Under the pieces are notes generated by a model. That model saw nothing but the letters and a program-made list of their open reading frames with translations. It did no database searches and was not told the DNA's origin. DNA of 64,000 nucleotides, taken from Catajapyx aquilonaris. Taxonomy: Eukaryota. The stretch is from positions 1 through 64,000 of the forward strand of contig KZ538217.1 of the NCBI GenBank assembly GCA_000934665.2. The letters are read 5' to 3'. Shown here one piece after another: positions 56,301 to 64,000 of the stretch; position 1 is the stretch's first letter, and each line of letters begins with the position of its first letter. Both the position numbers and the translations under genes were made by a program.

Positions 56301-59300
56301 GCCGTAACCCAACCACATGTCCAAACACAAGGCCTGATAAAACTCTCTGCTGATAGCAGCATGTGGTTATACTTCAAACCTATCTGACGGCAGCAGTTGC
56401 CATGAAGTGTGAAGGTAATGAGTCAGCCTCGTCCAAACATGTTTGTTTTCCAGCTGCTTTGTTGTTTACCCACCGGCTTAACAACGCTGCAGAGGCCAAC
56501 AATGGTGCAGATCTCATCAGGATCCAGCTCGTTCACAAGATAGTTGTAAAGTCCCTTGTAGTACTCATCGACCAGAGAAGTGCACTGGAAAAAAATAATG
56601 AACACGATTGCATAAATTAGTGAAGTTTATCGCATAAAAGTGTAACGACGAGTACGTAAACTGCATCTTCCTCGACTCCCAATATCGTTATTTCCATCAC
56701 TAGACATTTACTCGCCTTATGTGCCAAGTGTTTCCCAACAACATGCTTTTAAATTTAGAAGTTAATTGTGCCATAGCAACAATCTATTTCAAGACTGCAC
56801 TCGTTTCCAGGCGATCGAACCTGCTGAATTTTAACACATCCCTTTTGACAGGTGTGCATGACGGGCAGATCACGCATTAGATTTACATGTTCCCATCACA
56901 ATAAAAGCCGCATGATGCACAAGGTCATGATTCACCCAGAATTAGCTGTGGATTCTAGAAGCCTGTGACAGCCATCATATTTTTAACATGTAAGGCTGAC
57001 CTGCGCCTTGAAGCTTCCAAGTTGTCCGCAGAATCCCTTCAGAATCTGCTCGAATTCCTCTTCGGTCGTGTTGGACACCAGGATGTCCCTCAGGTGCTTC
57101 ACCATCTGCTTGCAGAAGTCGCAGGTTTCGTCCCCTACAAGCGGGCGGAGGTTGGCCTCCAGCGACTTTTGTACCGAAGTCATGTCGTGTCGGGAGGACG
57201 ACGGAGCGCACATCCCGGTGAAGCTGCAGGTGTCCTTGGGGCTTAGTTTGGACGTTACGACGGCGTAGATCTCGTCGAAGTGGTCCACTACCGCCACGCG
57301 ACAGCCGTCTGAAAGGCTTCCAAGGTGTCCGCAGATGGACAGCATGTAGTCCAAGACTGAGTCATGGCTGGTGGACTGCAGCATCGTGGATCGTTGGGTC
57401 ACAAAGTTCCAGCAGGACTGGCAGTTTCCGAGCTCTTCAACAGGGGCTACCATCTTGGTTTCCTTAATTCAACAAGCAGCAATAATTAGGCCAAGATTTA
57501 CTTCACTTCCAAACAATTGCATTTTCATAAAAAGTTTTTTTTTTAAACGTTGGATATCAGCCATGACATTACCTAATGATAACAACTGATTAATGATATT
57601 CTGCAACCTTTGTTTACAATAAAACTGTAAACAGTCGCAGGTAAGCTCCGCAACAAAAAGCTCATGCCAACAGCTACGTACTGCTAATTATCTTGTCTGG
57701 ATTGGCTCGTGACATTTCAAAAGTTCATCCGCATTTGAATAGCTGCCAAGTGGCATGACCTCACTGCCTTGATTTGAACGCACGATAGACCATCGAAAAA
57801 ACATGAACTATTTCTTCAACAAGTAGCGCAAGTGGAGAAAATACGGCTGATCTCATCAGTACATTGTCCTAACCGCTTCGTATATCAATTCCAGGACAAA
57901 ATTATAATTTTACGTACAATCTCCGAACAGAGCATTAAATTGGGCGTACCTTGGCCACCTCCTCCAACAGCATGTCCACCCTTGCATTGTCGCACAACCC
58001 AGCCACGCTGCAGACGACCTGTGGGTTCATTTGCGAGGCCAAGAACTCGATCAGCTCTGGTATGAACTCATCAGCCGCTTGGATGCACTCTTTGGCAACA
58101 ATCTTGATCGGAATAAGTCGGCAGGAGCCCTCAAACACCTCCTTGATTTCCTCCTGCGTCTCGTTGCTCTCCAGCTGATCCCGGGCCTCCTTAACCATCT
58201 CCTTGCAGATGGTGCACACATCGTCATTGTCTGGGGCCGGATGCATGTGCTCCCACACTGTCTGGATACAGTGCTTTGTGGCACCGCAATCACGAGCTCT
58301 CCTGCAAAATAAACAGGGGGATTATACAAGCTGGCAATGTCATCCTTGCAACTACAGTAAAAGTCCCTCTCCATGGTCATGGCTCTCCCATTGTTTGAGC
58401 CTCTAATGTAGCGAATGACCTTCAATTTTATTACCAAGTTGCCCTACTAATCAATGTTGCGGAGGAGTATGTGAATCACCTTACCACGAACCAGCGCAAA
58501 CCACTACTGATAGCATAAAGAACAACTCAGCAATTAAGAAAGCCGCTGACTAACTCCTGCTGGCAAAGACTGGCAGCATATTATTATTGCTCCCACACCG
58601 TTCCCACACATGTACACATACATTCCCACACATGTACTGTACATATATCAATGTATACATACATGTGCAGTACACATATGTATAAGTACATATGTACAGT
58701 ACAGCACACATATGTACAGCACACATGTATAAGTACACATGTACAGCACACATATGTATAAGTACATATGTATACAGTACACATATGTATAAGTACATAT
58801 GTACAGTACAGCACACATATGTACAGCACACATGTATAAGTACACATGTACAGCACACATATGTATAAGTACATATGTATACAGTACACATATGTATAAG
58901 TACATATGTATACAGTACACATATGTATAAGTACATATGTATACAGTACACATATGTATAAGTACATATGTATACAGTATACATATGTATAAGTACATAT
59001 GTACAGTACAGCACACATATGTACAGCACACATGTATAAGTACACATGAACAGCACACATATGTATAAGTACATATGTATACAGTACACATATGTATAAG
59101 TACATATGTACATCACACATATGCATAAGTACATATGTACAGTACACATATGTATAAGTACATATATACAGCACACATATGTATAAGTACATATGTACAT
59201 TTCTGATATCGGCTTCCCTATTTGGCTGCTTTACCTCATGTCCTGACACCAGTAGACAGGTCCCTTTGCGCACTCCTTGGCCATCCATGTCGGCTGCGGC

Positions 59301-59470
59301 CTATGCTCGTCCAGGGTTATCACGGCTGGACTGGCCACCACATCTGCAACGTACCCCACACAAGTTCCATTACCCATTCCTTTTGAAAAAATGTGCAAAG
59401 TGTGACATACGATGAGTATAGAGCTGTACTCACATGTGGCCAGCGCGATGAAGACTAGTGTTCCACGCAT
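53350..59470 (-). CDS. PSAP: Prosaposin (saposin-related): signal peptide, SapA, seven SapB domains, C-terminal SapA
   Basis: MRGTLVFIALA signal; ECAKGPVYWCQD and DRCTWGPSYWC SapA motifs; seven CxxC...C...C...CxxxxLC SapB units across exons. Confidence 0.92.
58605..59200. repeat. Purine-pyrimidine alternating satellite (~29-31 bp, acacatatgtataagtacatatgtatacagt) in a prosaposin intron
   Basis: Tandem variant units; these produce the spurious Cys/Tyr-rich ORFs. Confidence 0.95.
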
Positions 59471-59668
59471 GGCTCCTTCTCCTGCACTGAGCCACTGGTG
59501 GGAACCCCTCCTCCTTTGTCCGCTATCCCTTTTTCCAACCGATCAAAGGCTCTCTTTATCTGCGACTCTATTTCCCCCCGACTATTTGCGTGTCAGTCAC
59601 GCGTTGTTATGCCTTCGTTCTAATCTAGAGGCGTCGCTTCTTCTCTCTCTCGGGCTGCTGATTCACCA

Positions 59669-59691
59669 TCAGGTGACCGCCCGTCACGTGA
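59669..59691. promoter_or_regulatory. CLEAR-type E-boxes (GTCACGTGA, TCAGGTGAC) upstream of prosaposin
   Basis: GTCACGTGA at 59683-59691, about 215 bp upstream of the ATG of a lysosomal gene. Confidence 0.55.
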
Positions 59692-60279
59692 TGATATATC
59701 ACAATAAAAGCAATCAGTAAAATAATATATTGGGCCTTAAATCCACAATATTTTTAAAGCAAATTGTATGTGTTCCAATTCTTTTAACGTTAGAACATTT
59801 TTTGGTTCGTTCCCATCGGCATTTTTTGGTCTGTTCCTCTGATTAGTACGATGACCTTCAGCGGACCGTTTCCTAGTTTAATTTCAAGATGGCCGCTCAT
59901 TTTTAATTAATTTTTCTGTGAATTCCTGTGATTTTTGCGGCTCAAAATTTGCACATTTAGAGGCTCTCCAATTTTGCATTTTCCGAGTCAGGTTGATTAA
60001 TCGTGAGTATGTGGACGGGCTGGGAGTGAAATTCTGCAACTTTAGGACTTTAGGACTTCAGAACAAAAAAATAATTGTGTTTTTTTTTTAAATATGTATA
60101 CTTTCCTTTCAATTTGTAGTCAAATTATAATTATCAAGTACTGGAAATTTCACATCAATTAACAGATCATCAGTGGATTACCGGTTATTAATATGCCCCC
60201 AGTCCATGTCAGCATATCCTACTAAATCTAATCTAATTAATTCTCTCATTTGAGCCATTAATTATTCATTCATTCATTT

Positions 60280-60640
60280 ATTAGATTATTACACTGTATA
60301 AATTTATTTGATTATTACACTGTATAAATTTATTTGATTATTACACTGTATAAATTTATTTGATTATTACACTGTATAAATTTATTAGATTGTTATGTAA
60401 ATAAATTAACAGTTGAATTTATTTGATTATTGTGTAAATAAATTAACTGTTTATTTTATTAGATTATTATGTAAATAAATTAACTGTTTATTTTATTAGA
60501 TTATTATGTAAATAAATTAACTGTTTATTTTATTAGATTATTATGTAAATAAATTAACTGTTGAATTCATTAGTTATTATGTAAATAAATTAACTGTTGA
60601 ATTTATTTGATTACTATGTGTATAAATTAACTGTTAAATT
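60280..60640. repeat. AT-rich minisatellites (gattattacactgtataaatttattt; attatgtaaataaattaactgtt)
   Basis: Tandem 26-37 bp units. Confidence 0.85.
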
Positions 60641-60952
60641 TATTGATTTTATTTTATTTATTGGGAAGGAGCCAATTAAATTTATTAATATACAACTTTG
60701 TTATTATAATAAAATGGCGGGAATTTAGATCATATAAATTTCTTAACTGATAAATTTTTATTAACTGATAAATTTATTAATGTATAACTTTGCTAATTAT
60801 TATTATTATATTGAGTTTGCTCCATTTGGGAATAAGCAGCAGATGGATGATGCTGCAACAAAATGTGCAGAATTTCTTTGATGTTTTTTTTTGCTTCAAA
60901 CATGTATAAAATATAAATGACAAGTACTTTTCAATGCAGGGAGAGGAGCACG

Positions 60953-62888
60953 ATGGGCAGCTTATCGTGTCCGATGTGCTGTGGGAGATCATTTTGTGAC
61001 GGCCTGGCCTTAGCTTGTCACCTGGAAAATTACCTGGAGAAGCTTCGCTGCCCTCTGTGCGACTCCAGGATGGACTCACTCGTGCTTCTCATAGTCCACA
61101 TGAAGCTGCACGTTGAAGGAAGGGACCACAATGTGCAGGAGTTACTGGCCTGTGATAACGAGAAGAGCGGATCTGGCCTGGCGAATGAGTTGGAATCATG
61201 TGAAATGGACCAGGTAAGATCACAGACACATTTTGAAGTATATCAGCCTTAATTACATGCAATTAATTGTACCTTGTCAGGATATGGACGTGGTGGAGGA
61301 ACAGGTTAAGCCGGATGAAGTAATTTCCGAGAAGATGGAAAGTCAGAAGGCCACTCATGTGTTGGTGCAGTTGGAGACAGGCAAGAAGGGTGCTAATGGG
61401 CAGCCCGAGGTCATCGTTATGCTGCTTGAGCAATCCGATCCGGCTGAGAAGGAAGTTGATCAAACCCAAATGAAGACTCTGGTATTCACCTGCATGTTCT
61501 GCACATTGCAATGAAGTTACCGCAATTGTTGTTGTTTCAGGCTCCAGAACAAGTCAACACGCCTGTTGTTCCATCAGCTCCGCCTCGACCTGGTTACAAA
61601 TGTCGTGTGTGTCCTCGCATGTTCCCGACGCACCAAGAATGCATTGAGCATGTTCGTAGATGCACCGGTGAGAAGCCGTTTCAGTGCATTTATTGCGAGA
61701 AGAACTACGCTTCAGCACGTACCCTCAACCAGCATTTGCTGTCTGCTCATCTCGGAGGAAGTGTCCACCAATGCCGAGTGTGCAGAACTTTGTTGCCGAC
61801 CAGGGCAGCTTTGGTCCTGCATGAAAAGAGTTGTCAAGGGAAAGCTACCCAGTCGGATGCTGAGAAAGAAGAGGCATCCATGCTCTGCGAATTTTGCGGT
61901 GTTTTAGTGTCAGGTTATGCGGATATCAACGAGCACTTGAAGAAGCATGTGTCGGAGAAGAACCGCAACAAAAGCGTAACATGTCCAAACTGCCCTGGGA
62001 AATTGTACAAAAACAAGGAGTCGCTCAGGCAACATATGGCAACACACTCTGAGATACTGAGGTACAAGAATAATAAATAAATAATTGAAGTCATGTTAAT
62101 CAATTTTTCTTGAACCAGGTACACATGTGAAGTGTGCTCAAAAGCATTTCGTCAGCACAGCCGGCTTCAGGAGCATATGATGATCCACACAGGAGAACGT
62201 CCCCACATATGCGACACATGCGGCAAGGGTTTCCTTCACCGATCGAAGCTTAACGAGCATGTTCTTCACCACCAAGATCCAAGCCCGTACCCATGTAAGG
62301 AATGCGGTAAACGTCTAGCATCACGCTTCTCTCTGGCTGAACATCTGCGACAACACACTGGCGAGAAACCCTACAAATGCCAGCAGTGCGGCAGCCAATT
62401 CGGTTCAAGAGGACAACTGGCGTATCACAAGCGTTCGCACATACAGGACCAAGATTCGCTTATGTACATGTGTGGAGCGTGTGGCCGACATTTCAGGTTG
62501 TAATTGGTGTCGACATGTTGTAGCCGTAAATACTGATGAACGTTTCAATTTCTACAGGTCAGTTAGCGGGCTCCACTATCATCGCGAACGTGCACATGGG
62601 AAAAGAGAGGCGTATGCTTGCACCGAGTGTGGGAAAGTACTGGACACGTACACCAAGCTGGTGTTGCATCGCCGCCTACATGCAAGCCCACACACATGCA
62701 CCGAGTGCGGGAGAAGGTTTCACAGCAAGAGGAAGCTGTCCACACACGTAGCCTCACATGATGCGGGGAAACTCAGGCATGTGTGCAGCGAGTGCGGAGC
62801 TGCATACTCGCTTCCCGCAGGACTTCAGGCTCACAACGAACAAGTGCACCAGAAGCAAGGAGAAGACGGGACGCAGGTTCTATTTTGA
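60953..62888 (+). CDS. C2H2 zinc-finger protein; exons 60953-61213, 61281-61481, 61541-62061, 62119-62496, 62558-62888
   Basis: More than a dozen C2H2 fingers with TGEKP/TGERP linkers; phase-consistent GT-AG junctions; probable 5'UTR exon near 59880-60002 with a YY1-like AAGATGGCCG. Confidence 0.88.
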
Positions 62889-63397
62889 GAACGTAAGACA
62901 TGCGATAAGTGTAATTGACATATCAGTGTGTCGCCACTGAGACGACAAAATTGTTGATTTGCTTGTGGAATAATTTTAATTTATTGTTATTACCGCTGAG
63001 GCCGTGAAGACATTGGGAAGGCTCCAGAATAATTATTTCACACAATCTTCGCTTACGTAAACCAACAATTATTTTTGTTTGCATTTACACTCTACTATTT
63101 AAGATTCTGTCTACCTGGATCTGTGTACTTGCAACATATTGTGAATAAATTGTTTTAATTAATTGTGTGCCCCTTAATTTTCATGATTCATATGCTGACC
63201 ACCAACATTTAAGCCGCGTTTACATGCGAGGGATTTATCAGCAATGTTTCAGCTATGTAACCCATTTTTTGGGGGTGAACATACATCGCTGCAACATCGC
63301 TTGCATTTTGAAGTTTGCAATATTAATTACGTGGAGACCTGCATTTATTTTACAGAAGATTTTATTGCAATCCAACCGTTGTTATAACTGAGTAATT

Positions 63398-63822
63398 TTA
63401 CTGTAACAACTTGAAGTTATTTTCCGGAGTTTGCGATACCGTAAATGGCGTCATAAGTAGCTGAAACGTGGCTTCATTCATGTCCATCTCATTTTCCGAA
63501 TGACTCTGCACCACGTCGCATCCTCTTCGCTGCGGATGGCGTGACACACTGATGTTACGTGCTCCAGTCACAGTGTCCAGCGTCATTTTCCTAGTCTCTA
63601 TATTCCCGTCCCCGCAACGCCTGACCAGCATCGTCTCCTCGATTCTGGGGTTGTCCGACACCTTGGGGGGAGTAATGAGTATGCACGTTGGAGGCAAGTT
63701 CTCGTGAGGCTCGTCGCACAGGAAGGTCATGTTGTACACGTACTTAGTTCGAGCTCTGATCTCAATTGAGGTTCGCACTGGTTTGTCGCCCATATGCGTC
63801 ACACACGGTATGCCCAACGGAC
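63398..63822 (-). CDS. Last exon of an uncharacterised gene continuing beyond the window
   Basis: Open frame after a tacag acceptor (~63823) running to TAA at 63398; family not recognised. Confidence 0.5.
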
Positions 63823-64000
63823 CTGTAAAAATCATTGTAATTATAACCCACTGACACTTTTCTGACCCAAGTTCATACCTGTCACAACTTTGAAGTACGC
63901 CATTTGACTCCGGTTCAACTTGAGAATTTCTCATCTTCCAAATAATATCATTTTTTCTCTCTCTCTTTTGGCCAGTTTCTAAGCAACCATAAGTATTCAC

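Noticed and set aside
58550..59288. Cys/Tyr/His-rich ORFs of 147-234 aa
   Set aside because: Translations of an intronic satellite, open in several frames.
63823..64000. N-terminal part of the ORF 63398-64000 as one continuous exon
   Set aside because: An AT-rich stretch with an acceptor at ~63823 suggests an intron; upstream structure cannot be resolved at the window edge.

Overview
Compact, intron-rich eukaryotic DNA, most likely an arthropod (inferred from Star-like FkbM proteins, a divergent ionotropic-receptor fragment and a TTAGG-type template). Gene order: two tandem C2H2 zinc-finger paralogues (-), a TRAIP-like RING/coiled-coil gene (+), four tandem PhzF/PBLD-family genes (+), two tandem perilipins (-), a ~7.5 kb gene-free stretch, a NAK/AAK1-family kinase (+), TMEM179-like (+), Tim23 (-), a head-to-head inverted pair of Star-like/FkbM methyltransferase genes around a 30-bp tandem array, NME5 (+), an orphan Ser/Pro-rich ORF (+), prosaposin (-), another C2H2 gene (+) and a partial unknown gene (-). 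The top observation is an unannotated ~235-nt minus-strand RNA gene at 45656-45894. It has a U6-type PSE+TATA promoter, a T6 terminator, a CCUAACCU telomere template directly after a boundary stem, and a long 3' hairpin, which makes it a candidate Pol III-transcribed telomerase RNA. Also notable: a Cys/Thr to Cys/Cys active-site switch in two PhzF paralogues, a conserved DR12 promoter module, many GC-AG introns, an IR pseudogene fragment inside an intron, a tRNA-derived SINE family with TSDs, and an X-box-carrying MITE. Exon boundaries and RNA folds were derived by eye and may be off by a few bases.
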